A stretch of DNA of 62,452 nt from Bacillota bacterium (lineage in GTDB: Bacteria > Bacteroidota > Ignavibacteria > Ignavibacteriales > SURF-24): assembly GCA_050262615.1 (NCBI GenBank), contig JBLNEL010000411.1, forward strand, positions 1-62,452, read 5' to 3'. Made by a program: the position numbers and the translations under genes. Below, one piece after another: positions 8,997-19,553 of this stretch. Each line of letters starts with the position of its first letter. Positions within the stretch are counted from its first letter, which is position 1. A model generated the notes under the pieces. That model saw only the letters and a program-made list of their open reading frames with translations. It ran no database searches and was not told the DNA's origin.

Positions 8997-11357
8997 ATGG
9001 CCAGGAAAGGATTGTCATTAACAGTTTTACTATTAATGCTTATAGTAATATTTACAGTTGACTTATTTACTCCACACGATCTGCCATTTTTGATCTTATA
9101 TATAATTCCATTGTTTTCAGCCTCATGGAAAAGTGACGGAAAATATCTTTCCTTAATCTCATTACTTACGACTTTTTGTCTTATTTCGGGGTCATTTTCT
9201 CCGGTACTAAATTTCGGGTCAGGCGCGCAACTACTTCACCGTTTGATGGAAATTGCCATCCTATGGTTTACATATATTATATTAAAGCAGCGTATAACAA
9301 TTGAGAAAGAGCTAAAAGGGACCAACAGACTTTTAAAGACAATAGTTGATAATACTAATATGTCGCTTGCCTATTTAGATAAGGATTTCAATTTCATAGA
9401 GGTCAACCGGGCTTATGCTGAAGCTGATCAAAAAGACCCATCGTATTTTGCCGGAAAGAACCACTTCGATTTATATCCAAATAAAGAAAATGAAATGATA
9501 TTCCGCCGTGTTGTTTATACCGGGGAAGCTTATTTTGCTGGTGAAAAACCCTTGATTTACATGGATCATCCTGAAAGAGGAGTGACGTATTGGGACTGGA
9601 GTTTAGTTCCGGTAAAAAATCCTTTAGGAGAAACTGAAGGATTATTAATCTCACTTTTCAATGTTACAAGCCAGGTAAAGGCAAGGCAGGAAATAAATCA
9701 TTTCCACAAGTTACTGGAGGCACTATATTCAAGTGTAAATGAGGCAATCTTTTTTGTAAATCCTGAAACGCTGAAAATAGAGAATTGCAACCGGGCTGCT
9801 GAAAAGATATTTGGTTACACAAAAGAAGAGATGATAGGGACTCTGGCTTCTTTACGCCACATAGACTCTAAGCATCATCATTACTTTCATCAGGGAGTAA
9901 TGAGTGCATATAAAAAAGCTGAGCATTTTGAAACTGAATACAAAATGAAGCGTAAGGACGGTACAATTTTTCCCACTGAAAATTTTGTAACACCCATATA
10001 TAATGACACCGGGAATCTTGCTGTTCACGTAAGCATAGTCAGGGATATAACGGAACGAAAATCTACCGAAGAGCAATTAAAGGCTCAGAAAAGAAGAGCG
10101 GAGATACTTTCAGATATTTCGCAGGAGTTTGCCTCGGCAGGGCTTGATTATCCGAAAGTTCTTAAGATTGCTTCAGAAAAGATTTTAGAACTTATTGGAA
10201 GCGGGTGTATTATAAAGCTTTTGTCTGAAGATGCTGATGTGCTGGTACCTGTAGTAAGAGTGCATAAAGATGCAAAGCCGAATGAGTTCCTGATGACCTC
10301 ATGTCCGGATCAGTTACAAAGTATAGATGAAGGTTTATTAGGACGTGTTGCAAGAACTGGTCAGTCTTTGCTGATCAGAAATATTCAGGATGAAGATATA
10401 AGGAATGTAAAGGCATGTTACGGGCCTTTTATTGAGAAATTTAACATAAAAAGTATGCTTATTGTGCCCTTAAAATTTCATTCAAATGTAATTGGAATAA
10501 TCGGGGTATTAAGAGGTTCGACAGAAGCTGAATATACAGTTGATGATCAGCAATTGATGGAAAATCTGGCCGATAGAATATCGCTAGCAATTGCAAATGC
10601 CCGGCTTTATGCAGACAAATTAAAGGAAATAGAAGAACGTAAATTGGCTGAAACGAACCTTAAAAAGACATTGAGGGAGCTGGAGCAATTTACATATGTT
10701 TCCTCACATGATCTTCAGGAGCCGCTTAGAATGGTTTCAGCTTATACAAGTATGCTCAACCGCCGCTATAGCGATTTGTTTGATGAGACCGCAAGACAAT
10801 ATATGGATTTTGTTGTTGATGGTGCAAAGAGAATGCAGCATTTGATAAAGGATCTGCTTAATTACTCCAGAATTTCAAGTAAAGAAAGGATATTTAAAAG
10901 GACAGATTGTTTGTTGATACTTGAAAAAGTGATAGATGATTTAAGTCTGCAGATCCAGGAAAGCCGTGCAAAAGTAAGCTATGAAAATATGCCTGCAGTT
11001 AATGCTGATCCGCTTTTGATAACACAGTTATTTCAAAATCTTATAAGCAATGCATTAAAATTCAGCAAAGATAAAGCCCCAGAAATTCACATCAGCTGCA
11101 CAGAAAGGGATGATGACTATTTATTCTCTGTAAAGGACAATGGGATTGGAATTGACAAAAAATATTTTGATAAAATATTTATAATATTCCAGCGCCTGCA
11201 CACCAGGGATGAATATCCGGGAACCGGCATCGGGCTTACAATATGCAGTAAAATAGTTGATCAGCATGGCGGAAGAATATGGGTCGAATCAGAAAACGGC
11301 AAAGGAAGCACTTTTTATTTTACTCTTCCTAAAATTAACCAACCTTTAGTGGTATAG
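8997..11357 (+). CDS. Membrane sensor histidine kinase (PAS-PAS-GAF-HisKA-HATPase)
   Basis: 786 aa with a multi-TM N-terminus, PAS-like blocks and a GAF-like block. H-box FTYVSSHDLQEPLRMV. ATPase boxes NLISNALKF, KDNGIGI and GTGIGL. Confidence 0.85.
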   Translation: MARKGLSLTVLLLMLIVIFTVDLFTPHDLPFLILYIIPLFSASWKSDGKYLSLISLLTTFCLISGSFSPVLNFGSGAQLLHRLMEIAILWFTYIILKQRITIEKELKGTNRLLKTIVDNTNMSLAYLDKDFNFIEVNRAYAEADQKDPSYFAGKNHFDLYPNKENEMIFRRVVYTGEAYFAGEKPLIYMDHPERGVTYWDWSLVPVKNPLGETEGLLISLFNVTSQVKARQEINHFHKLLEALYSSVNEAIFFVNPETLKIENCNRAAEKIFGYTKEEMIGTLASLRHIDSKHHHYFHQGVMSAYKKAEHFETEYKMKRKDGTIFPTENFVTPIYNDTGNLAVHVSIVRDITERKSTEEQLKAQKRRAEILSDISQEFASAGLDYPKVLKIASEKILELIGSGCIIKLLSEDADVLVPVVRVHKDAKPNEFLMTSCPDQLQSIDEGLLGRVARTGQSLLIRNIQDEDIRNVKACYGPFIEKFNIKSMLIVPLKFHSNVIGIIGVLRGSTEAEYTVDDQQLMENLADRISLAIANARLYADKLKEIEERKLAETNLKKTLRELEQFTYVSSHDLQEPLRMVSAYTSMLNRRYSDLFDETARQYMDFVVDGAKRMQHLIKDLLNYSRISSKERIFKRTDCLLILEKVIDDLSLQIQESRAKVSYENMPAVNADPLLITQLFQNLISNALKFSKDKAPEIHISCTERDDDYLFSVKDNGIGIDKKYFDKIFIIFQRLHTRDEYPGTGIGLTICSKIVDQHGGRIWVESENGKGSTFYFTLPKINQPLVV

Positions 11358-11479
11358 AGCAGTTCCTGAAATATTTGTCCTGTTTAATTCAGATCAGCAT
11401 TAAACGGTAGTGAACTATTATTATATTCAGCCGATAATAGTTTCTGAAAACAAAACAACTGCTTACAGGAAAAAATAAG

Positions 11480-13279
11480 TTGATAACAAAGCAATTAACA
11501 ATTCTGGTCATTGAGGATAATCGGGCCGATTATAATTTACTCCTAGAGTACATTAATCTTTCAGGAAACAGACTTATAAAGTTAGAATGGTGTCAGAGCA
11601 TTAAAGAGGGATTAAGTTTCTTAGAGAAACGGCATATTGATCTGGTGCTTTTGGATCTGGGGTTGCCTGATTCGGCTGGGTTAGGGACTTTAGTAAAGCT
11701 AAGGGAATTACATCCAACGATCCCTGTAATTGTACTGACCGGAAACACAGATGAATCTACAGGCATAAAGGCCATAAGTTCAGGTGCACAGGATTATCTG
11801 GTAAAAGATACAATTAATGAACATCTTCTCATACGTTCTATTTATTATTCAATAGTAAGGAGAAATTTTGAGGATTCAATACGAGAAACCTCAGAGAAGT
11901 ACAAGCTTTTATATGAAAACATGGCAGAAGGGGCACTGCTTTTTGATTCATATGGCAGAGTAATTTTTGGTAACCCTGCAGCGCAGAAAATTTTAGGAAT
12001 AAGCGAGAAGGAGTTATTAACTAAAAGTTTCGGAAACTTTAACTGGAGAACTATACACGAAGATGGAACGCCGTTCCCAGAAGAATCTTATCCTGCAGTT
12101 ATAGCACTAAATGAAGGTAAAGCGGTTACCAATGTTGTTATGGGGATATTTAATTACAAGGAAGCAATTTACAAGTGGATCAATATTTCTGCTGTTCCTA
12201 TTTTTAAGTCTGGCAAACAGGAAGTAAGCGAGATAATATTAACATTCAGAGATATTACAGAAAGTAAGGTAATATTAAATAATCTGACTCAAAGTGAAAA
12301 CAGGTTCAGGACCTTGTTTGAAGAATCTCCACTTGGAATATCAATGACAATAGGCTATAGAATATTTCAGGTAAACAAGGCTTATTCAGATATGTTCGGA
12401 TTTGAAACTCCGGAGGAATTAAGAAACACTTCACTTCTTGAAAGAATATCTCCTGAAGAAAGGGAAAAAGTAGTTGAGAAGATAAAAAGCAGGGTTCCCG
12501 GATTAAGAAGAAACCGGTCATACGATTATACAGGGATAAAAAAAGACGGAACAAGGTTTCCAATTCATATGGAAGTTGAATATGTTCAGATATTAGAAGG
12601 GGAAGCGGCAATTGCATTTGTTAATGATGTTACTGAAACCATTAAAAATGAAGAAAGAATAAAAGCATCATTAAAAGAAAAAGAAATATTATTAAAGGAG
12701 ATCCACCACAGAGTAAAAAACAATCTGCAGATAATAACAAGTCTTCTAAGTCTGCAGACTGACTTTGTAAATACAGGTAATTACCTACAGGCATTCGAAG
12801 AAAGCAGGAACAGAATAAGAGCAATGGCTCTTGTACATGAGAAACTATATAGTTCAAAGGATCTCTCTAAAATAGACTTTGGGGAATATATAGAGGAGTT
12901 TCTGCATATTTTAGGGAATAATTTTGCTTTTGCAAATCCCCGGCAGGTGTCAATTGAACATGAGTTGGACAGTATAGAAGTTGGAATAGATAAAGCTATT
13001 CCATGCGGGCTGATATTAAATGAACTGGTAACCAATGCTTATAAATATGCTTTCCCTGAAGGAAGCGCGGGGATTATAAAAGTAAGTCTTAAGGATTTGG
13101 GGCAAGAGACCATGATTTGTGTAAAAGACAATGGTATTGGTTTCAAAAAAGATTTTGACATTGCCAGCACAAACACTCTGGGTTTTATGATTGTCGATAG
13201 TCTTTCTAAACAACTGCATGGAAAGATTAAGATCAATTCAGATAACGGAGCTGAAGTTCAGATCTGTTTTCCCAAATAG
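11480..13279 (+). CDS. Hybrid response-regulator / PAS / HWE-HisKA_2-type histidine kinase
   Basis: REC motifs (LVIEDN, DLVLLDLGLPD, VLTGN). Two PAS blocks. H-box EIHHRVKNNLQIITSLLSLQ. ATPase boxes NELVTNAYKYAF and KDNGIGF. TTG start. Confidence 0.85.
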   Translation: MITKQLTILVIEDNRADYNLLLEYINLSGNRLIKLEWCQSIKEGLSFLEKRHIDLVLLDLGLPDSAGLGTLVKLRELHPTIPVIVLTGNTDESTGIKAISSGAQDYLVKDTINEHLLIRSIYYSIVRRNFEDSIRETSEKYKLLYENMAEGALLFDSYGRVIFGNPAAQKILGISEKELLTKSFGNFNWRTIHEDGTPFPEESYPAVIALNEGKAVTNVVMGIFNYKEAIYKWINISAVPIFKSGKQEVSEIILTFRDITESKVILNNLTQSENRFRTLFEESPLGISMTIGYRIFQVNKAYSDMFGFETPEELRNTSLLERISPEEREKVVEKIKSRVPGLRRNRSYDYTGIKKDGTRFPIHMEVEYVQILEGEAAIAFVNDVTETIKNEERIKASLKEKEILLKEIHHRVKNNLQIITSLLSLQTDFVNTGNYLQAFEESRNRIRAMALVHEKLYSSKDLSKIDFGEYIEEFLHILGNNFAFANPRQVSIEHELDSIEVGIDKAIPCGLILNELVTNAYKYAFPEGSAGIIKVSLKDLGQETMICVKDNGIGFKKDFDIASTNTLGFMIVDSLSKQLHGKIKINSDNGAEVQICFPK

Positions 13280-13337
13280 TATTCCAAATATAGAGTAAGA
13301 TACTTGTGAAATCTATTTTCCGTTTACTCTTTTTATG

Positions 13338-14033
13338 TTAGACGGCAAAGTAATCTTCGAGCACTTTCAAGTTATCCGGGCCATGTTCAAGATCCTGAAC
13401 TACCAGTCCATTATCCAGTATCACGATCCTTTCGCAGACATCGGTGATATGGTTTAAGTCATGGCTTGAGATAAGAATAGTGGTTTTATGTTCTTCCTTC
13501 AGCTCCTGGAGCATTTTTTTCAGGCGGAATACGGTTGTCGGGTCAAGATTTGTAAATGGTTCATCTAATATAAGAACTTTCGGTTTAGTCAGCATTGCGG
13601 CAGCAATTCCTACCTTTTTCTGATTACCTTTAGAAAGGTCGCGAATAAACTTTTTCTGATCAAGAATAGCGCCGTTAAAGAAATCATTAAACGGAGCAAT
13701 TATCTGCTGAAAACTGCTTTTAGTGATATTATTTATATCGCAGATAAATTTGAAATACTCCTCAGGGTATAGAAATTCAATCAGATATTTTTCATCCAGG
13801 AATGCGCCGGTGTAACTTTTCCAGTGATCGCTTCCTGCAACTGTAATGCCGTCTGAAAGCACCTGGCCTTTTGCTGCTTCAATAAGATCCAGCATCAGGC
13901 TGAAAAAAGTGGTCTTTCCAGCTCCATTATTACCTACAAGTCCGAAGCTTTCCCCGGAATTTATTTTTATATAAGGTATATTCAGAACTTCAGTGTTGCC
14001 GTATGATTTAACAAGATCTTTTGCTTCTATCAT
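13338..14033 (-). CDS. ABC transporter ATP-binding protein
   Basis: Walker A GNNGAGKTT, signature LSKGNQKKV, Walker B LILDEP, H-loop SSHD. Confidence 0.88.
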   Translation of the reverse strand: MIEAKDLVKSYGNTEVLNIPYIKINSGESFGLVGNNGAGKTTFFSLMLDLIEAAKGQVLSDGITVAGSDHWKSYTGAFLDEKYLIEFLYPEEYFKFICDINNITKSSFQQIIAPFNDFFNGAILDQKKFIRDLSKGNQKKVGIAAAMLTKPKVLILDEPFTNLDPTTVFRLKKMLQELKEEHKTTILISSHDLNHITDVCERIVILDNGLVVQDLEHGPDNLKVLEDYFAV

Positions 14034-14061
14034 GATTTAATTCCTATTAAAATTATTCTTA

Positions 14062-15558
14062 TTAGCTTTGTCTGAAACCCATAGCCATTTTGTAGCGGCG
14101 TTTCTGAAACTGATCAACTGCAATATTAATTGCGATATTCTTTAAAAGAAAAGCAACGAGTCCCAAAAAAGCTATAACATGGAATAAATACTGAGTACAG
14201 CCGGTAAGTTTGACTATCAGATAGATCAGAGCCATTGGTATAATAACCGGAAGCCCTTTTAAGAACTGTGTCCAGCCGTCTCTTCCCTGCTGGGACATCA
14301 TTCCTGTGTTAAGCTCAAATCTTTTTTTGTTCAAAGGGCCCATTATAAGCAGTATCAAAGAATTCAGGCCAATGCTATAGAGAGTGCCTGCGGCATTAAA
14401 CCAGAAGATCTCTTTACCGAAAATAAGAGCATAGGGTGTCAGCAGTAAAAACGATAATAATGCTGCGATGACCATAACACAGTATTTTGCATAAATATAT
14501 TTTTTTATATTAGTAACTCTTGAGCAGATAAGGTCAAAGTAGCTTCCATCCCATGCATAGATATTCTGTCCGTATGATAACATAGCCAGTGAGGGAGCCA
14601 GAATGCTCCAGAGATAAATATTAAATAGATTTTTCATATTTTCAATGCCCGAGCCGCCAAGATATGATCTATAGGTTAATGCCGGATAAAGTAAAAAAAG
14701 CAGAGAATAATAGAATAATGAACGAGTACGTCTGTTTCTGAAGATCAGTTTAAGCTCAAGAGCAATATAAGAGCCAAGTTCACCGTACCTTTCAAATGAT
14801 CTGTAGCTCCGGAAGACCTTATTATTTGCTTTTTTGTTTTTCTGCAGATCTTCGGCATAGAAATGGTTTTGAAGAAAATAATAATTTAAGAAATACATGG
14901 CTGACAGCAGCAAAACCGGAAGAATGCAAAATGCAGGTACAGATAGTAATGTTCCTGCCACTGCAGCTGAAAGGTTATGAAGTCCTTTTGAAGTGATTAT
15001 TTCAAAAGCAATAAGAAGAATCAGGCCGGAGATTAAAGGAATAATCAGACCGGATTTTAAGGACATCTTCTTCTGCAGGTAAAAGACCAGATAGCTGTTT
15101 GCAAACTCAAGAGAAAGAACCGATATAAGCCATGAAACTGAAGTAAAGAAAGAATATTCCTTTATTACGCCGTTAAAAGTAAAGCCGGTGAAAAAAAGCA
15201 GTGCAAAGAAATTAAAAACGTTAAAAGCTGATTTTATAAGGAGTAAAACAACAAGTGTGATCCTCTTTACCGGCAGCATCCTATAGTAATCAACTTCCTG
15301 TGCCGGAATCTCCTGAAATACCCAGCGGACTAAGAACGATAAAATAATGTAATAGAGTAAAGCCTGATTAATGAGCAGAACCGGACTTTTATCCGGCAGA
15401 AGCTTTTTTAATGCCTCAGGAAGAAATAGTCCTGCCAGGAGTGCATAACAGGCAACAATAAAAAGCAGAAAGCTAACGGTAATAACGCTAAAAAGCTTTT
15501 GTCCTTTATCAGGAGAGCGCCAGAAGCTTTTCCACTGGTGATCTATTAAACTCTTCAT
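14062..15558 (-). CDS. Polytopic membrane protein, probable permease partner of the ABC ATPase (DUF5687-like)
   Basis: 498 aa with many hydrophobic helices. It lies 28 nt upstream of the ATPase gene on the same strand. The family name is from memory only. Confidence 0.55.
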   Translation of the reverse strand: MKSLIDHQWKSFWRSPDKGQKLFSVITVSFLLFIVACYALLAGLFLPEALKKLLPDKSPVLLINQALLYYIILSFLVRWVFQEIPAQEVDYYRMLPVKRITLVVLLLIKSAFNVFNFFALLFFTGFTFNGVIKEYSFFTSVSWLISVLSLEFANSYLVFYLQKKMSLKSGLIIPLISGLILLIAFEIITSKGLHNLSAAVAGTLLSVPAFCILPVLLLSAMYFLNYYFLQNHFYAEDLQKNKKANNKVFRSYRSFERYGELGSYIALELKLIFRNRRTRSLFYYSLLFLLYPALTYRSYLGGSGIENMKNLFNIYLWSILAPSLAMLSYGQNIYAWDGSYFDLICSRVTNIKKYIYAKYCVMVIAALLSFLLLTPYALIFGKEIFWFNAAGTLYSIGLNSLILLIMGPLNKKRFELNTGMMSQQGRDGWTQFLKGLPVIIPMALIYLIVKLTGCTQYLFHVIAFLGLVAFLLKNIAINIAVDQFQKRRYKMAMGFRQS

Positions 15559-15703
15559 AATTTAAATTCTTCTTTCCTGAAAGCCATGATATTATGATCA
15601 GCCCGAAAAAACAATTTTTATAAAATTTAAAATGAGTGTTCAAAATAAATAAAAGTTGATAATTTTGCATTAGGAATAACTTTGATCAAAGGGCTTCAGG
15701 ATC

Positions 15704-18688
15704 ATGAAATATTTAAGCGGATTTGTTTTACTACTGCTGTTAGTCTCAAGGCTTAATTCACAAAACCTGCTAAGCAATCCGGGTTTTGAGGATGGAATGA
15801 ACGGGTGGGATAACTTATGGGTAAGGACGCCTGGCACCGGGCAGGCACTTGCCGTAGACAGTCCGGTAAATTCAGGTAAAAAAGCTGCATATATTCTGCA
15901 TAAAGGGAGCAGTGACGACTGGTCGTTTAAGCATTCTGGTAATTATTATGTTAAGCCGGGGGAAGTATATGAGTTTTCTGTTTATGTAAATGTTATTGCT
16001 CCTGGAAATAATTCATGTATTTCCATAGCTGCTTTTGATTCATCAGGAGGAGTAATAAGCTGGGGGCTGGCATCTCAGGCTTTTGATACAACAAGCAATT
16101 CTTACAGAAAATACCTGGTGAGGTTTATAATCCCAAGAAAATGTGCCTGGATATGGGCAAGGTTTACAGGTGCAGATAGTTGTGAACTTTATCTGGATGA
16201 TTGCGAACTGAAGAAAACAGGCAGCGGGATAGAGAGAACTTTCACGCTGGATAATGAAAAACTTCATGCGGAGATCTTTTTGCCGGCTCTTAATATGAGT
16301 GTAAAAGACAAATTAAGCGGGAAGATATACGGTACTAACTCCCCTGCCAGCTTTATAATAACATCTTTTGATTCCTCAGTTTTATCGTATACTTTCCACA
16401 CAGGTCCAGAAACTGATTCTACAAAGATCAGTTATAAAATATCACTCATAGGTGACGGACTAAAGTTTGAAGTAATTCCTCAGTCTGTAAATACAATTTC
16501 TAAAGGATTCTTTTTCCCGGACTATATTGAAAGCTCTCCAGAGGATTACCTGATAGTTCCATATGCAACAGGTCTTATGATACCTGTCACAGAAGATTTC
16601 CCTGTCTATACACTGCCTTTAGGGGGGTATAAGGCGACGATGGCGTTTGCAGGCGTGACAAATCTTAATTCAGGTTATATGCTTATTACTGAAGACCCAT
16701 GGGATAGTGAAATCCAATTTTCAAAAAGAATGGGCAGCAAATATAATTCATTCAGAATATTCCATATGCCTTCGAAGGGAAAAACAGCCTACAGACGTGT
16801 GTTTTATATGTTCTTTTTTCAATCGGGCGGATACATTGAAATGGCAAACAGGTACAGAGATCACGCAGCAAAACATGGTTATATTAAGACATTTGAAGAA
16901 AAACTAAGTGATAATCCCAATATGCTGAAACTAAAGGGAGCTATTGATTTCTGGTTAATGGACAGGGATTTTTACAAGCAGCAGTTTATTGATTCGCTAT
17001 ATTTTTCAGGAGTAGACCGGGCAATATTTTCGCTCTCTGAGGAAAGCTTAAGCGGAGATGCTTATGCTGCCTTTATTGACTCAATTAACTCCAAGGGTTA
17101 TCTTTCGTCCAGATATGATATCTATACTGATATTTTTCCTCCTACGCACCCTGAATACTCCTGGTATAGGACCAAAGGGTATCCTGAGGATTTAATAGTT
17201 AATAAAGACGGCACTTATAAGACCGGCTGGGTATCTTATCTTCCTGATAAGACTCCATTTCAGGGATACTATTCATGTTCAGCCACACATTCAGCCTATG
17301 CAAGGCAATGGATTACAGAGGATCTGGTAAAAAAACATTATAACTGCAGGTTTATTGATGTGGAGCTCTCCTCTGTGCTTACAGAGTGTTATTCACCGCT
17401 TCATCCAGAGTCGCGGCATGATGATGCCCTTAAGAGAATAGAGCTATTAAATACAGTAAAAAACAAGTTTCAGCTTGTAACAGGCAGTGAAGAGGCCAAA
17501 GACTGGGCATTTCCAATGGCAGACTATGGAGAGGGAACGATGACAATTTATGCCGCGGTAAATGCCGGCTATGACTGGTCAACACCGGTTGATACTCCAG
17601 GAGCGAATTATATTAACTATACTGTAAGTGCAAGTCGCAGAATACCTTTGCATGGACTTGTTTATCACGATGTTCACGTGCCCACCTGGTACACAGGTGA
17701 TGGTCAGTCAAAGGTCCCGGCCTACTGGGATGATAAAGATCTCTTTAATATACTTTATGCCTCGATGCCTCTTTTTATGCCATTAAATAAAAATCACTGG
17801 AGGCTAAACGAGGAGAAGTTTTTAAACAGTGCAAATCTTGTTTCAGGAGTTTTCAGATGTGCGGGATTTTCTAAAATGACGGCCCACAGGTTTTTAAGTG
17901 ATGATAAGGAAATTCAGCAAACTGAATTTAGTAATGGCTGGAAGTCTACGGTAAACTTCGGCAAAACCGACTATTCTTTTAACAATATACTGCTTCCTCC
18001 AAAAGGATTTTATGCTGGTGATGGAATTTCGTATGTATACAGGATAAAAAATGGTGTCAGCACTTCATCTGTATGCTCGCTTCCCGACCGGTTATTTATA
18101 AATCCCAATGGAAGCAATTTAGTACATAAAGGCATAAGGACCAGCAGCAGTGTTCTGCTTCAGAAGTCCGGCAGCAGTTTAAGTCTTGTCTTTATTGGTT
18201 CCGGGACTTATGCAGATATAAATCCCACTGAGATTCCCTGGCCATTAAAAAACATAAAGATCAGGTCAAGGTTTCATCCGGAAATTTCAGTTTCACTTCA
18301 GGATATAGGAGGCGGCTGGAAACGTCTGAACAGTCAGTCCGGCGAGAAGTTTTACATTCTTGAAGGTGATTTTACTTCACCGGTTGAACAAATAAATGAG
18401 AGTAGTATTTACAGTTACCGGCTAAGTCAGAATTATCCAAATCCCTTTAACATGTCTACAAAAATTTCCTATTCATTAAAGGAATCGGGAATGACTAAGC
18501 TTATCATATTTGATATTCTGGGACGGGAAGTTAAACTGCTAAGAAATAGTGAGATGCAGAAAGGCAATTATTCAATAGAATGGGATGGTACAAACAATGA
18601 AGGACTCGCCGTTTCAAGCGGGACATATCTGCTTAGAATCAGTTCAGGCAATTTTAATAAAGCAATTAAAATGCAGGTATTTAAGTAG
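15704..18688 (+). CDS. Secreted CBM-containing putative glycoside hydrolase with a T9SS C-terminal sorting domain
   Basis: 994 aa with a signal peptide. CBM4/9-like N-terminal block NLLSNPGFEDGMNGWDN. The large central domain is of unrecognised family. The C-terminus YRLSQNYPNPFNMSTKISYSL..YLLRISSGNFNKAIKMQVFK is a T9SS type-A CTD. Confidence 0.65.
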   Translation: MKYLSGFVLLLLLVSRLNSQNLLSNPGFEDGMNGWDNLWVRTPGTGQALAVDSPVNSGKKAAYILHKGSSDDWSFKHSGNYYVKPGEVYEFSVYVNVIAPGNNSCISIAAFDSSGGVISWGLASQAFDTTSNSYRKYLVRFIIPRKCAWIWARFTGADSCELYLDDCELKKTGSGIERTFTLDNEKLHAEIFLPALNMSVKDKLSGKIYGTNSPASFIITSFDSSVLSYTFHTGPETDSTKISYKISLIGDGLKFEVIPQSVNTISKGFFFPDYIESSPEDYLIVPYATGLMIPVTEDFPVYTLPLGGYKATMAFAGVTNLNSGYMLITEDPWDSEIQFSKRMGSKYNSFRIFHMPSKGKTAYRRVFYMFFFQSGGYIEMANRYRDHAAKHGYIKTFEEKLSDNPNMLKLKGAIDFWLMDRDFYKQQFIDSLYFSGVDRAIFSLSEESLSGDAYAAFIDSINSKGYLSSRYDIYTDIFPPTHPEYSWYRTKGYPEDLIVNKDGTYKTGWVSYLPDKTPFQGYYSCSATHSAYARQWITEDLVKKHYNCRFIDVELSSVLTECYSPLHPESRHDDALKRIELLNTVKNKFQLVTGSEEAKDWAFPMADYGEGTMTIYAAVNAGYDWSTPVDTPGANYINYTVSASRRIPLHGLVYHDVHVPTWYTGDGQSKVPAYWDDKDLFNILYASMPLFMPLNKNHWRLNEEKFLNSANLVSGVFRCAGFSKMTAHRFLSDDKEIQQTEFSNGWKSTVNFGKTDYSFNNILLPPKGFYAGDGISYVYRIKNGVSTSSVCSLPDRLFINPNGSNLVHKGIRTSSSVLLQKSGSSLSLVFIGSGTYADINPTEIPWPLKNIKIRSRFHPEISVSLQDIGGGWKRLNSQSGEKFYILEGDFTSPVEQINESSIYSYRLSQNYPNPFNMSTKISYSLKESGMTKLIIFDILGREVKLLRNSEMQKGNYSIEWDGTNNEGLAVSSGTYLLRISSGNFNKAIKMQVFK

Positions 18689-18690
18689 GT

Positions 18691-19404
18691 CTATGGTCTG
18701 AAACCTTCAAAAATAATATTATCACAGTATTGCATTGCCTGGCTGAATTCTTCTTTGCTTCTGGCAGTATATCCTATAACAGGGTAACCTTTCTGTCTAA
18801 GCTTTGTAATTGAGCGGGCGGGCAGATATCGTACATCAAAAGCAATAAAATCAGGTTTAGCGATACGTGAAAGGAAAGTGGCTCGAAGCAGAGTATTTCT
18901 AAGAGGAAGTCTGCCTGCTCCAAAGCCGCTTGAAAGCTGTCCGCGTTTAATTTCAGGAGCATTAAGTCTGAACCATTTTACAGAAAGCGGATTAAACGAT
19001 TCAATTGCATATTGTCCATTATAACCCTTTAGGACGTGAAGCAGTCTAGCCTCAAGGCGGCCAATATTTTTCCGGTTCTTAATCTCAAGAAGAAGAGGTA
19101 CTTTACCGTCGACTAAATTTAGCACATCTTCTAAAAGCGGTATCTGTTCATTTGTGCCTAAGAGTTTAAGGCTTTTTAGTTCCCTTAAAGTAATTCCAAG
19201 GATCGAGCCGCGGCTGCCTGTCATTCTCAGAAGTGAAGAATCGTGAAAGACAACAAGATGTCCGTCATGCAGTATTCTTATATCGAGTTCGATCGGATAG
19301 CCGGCATCTACCGAGGCCTTAAAAGCAGCAAGCGAGTTCTCGGGTATTTTTTTATTATCAAACAGTCCCCGGTGAGTAATCGGGGTTTTAAGAAGAAAGT
19401 CCAC
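18691..19404 (-). CDS. Glycerophosphodiester phosphodiesterase family protein
   Basis: HRG..ENSLAAFKASVDAGYPIELDIRILHDGHLVVFHD is the GDPD active-site region. GTG start. Confidence 0.8.
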   Translation of the reverse strand: MDFLLKTPITHRGLFDNKKIPENSLAAFKASVDAGYPIELDIRILHDGHLVVFHDSSLLRMTGSRGSILGITLRELKSLKLLGTNEQIPLLEDVLNLVDGKVPLLLEIKNRKNIGRLEARLLHVLKGYNGQYAIESFNPLSVKWFRLNAPEIKRGQLSSGFGAGRLPLRNTLLRATFLSRIAKPDFIAFDVRYLPARSITKLRQKGYPVIGYTARSKEEFSQAMQYCDNIIFEGFRP

Positions 19405-19452
19405 TTACACCTCAAAAAAACGAAACAGCACAGATAATATATGAGTACAAAT

Positions 19453-19489
19453 AAAAAAACACAGCTGCAAGACAGGCGCAGCTGTGTTT
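19453..19489 (-). terminator. Rho-independent terminator of fba
   Basis: A 12-bp stem, aaacacagctgc / gcagctgtgttt. An A-run on the plus strand gives a U-run after the hairpin on the minus strand. Confidence 0.7.
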
Positions 19490-19553
19490 AATATTAAAAG
19501 TCACTTAGATTGCCGCAAAGGCAGTTAAAGTGTTAAAAAGCACAATACAATAA

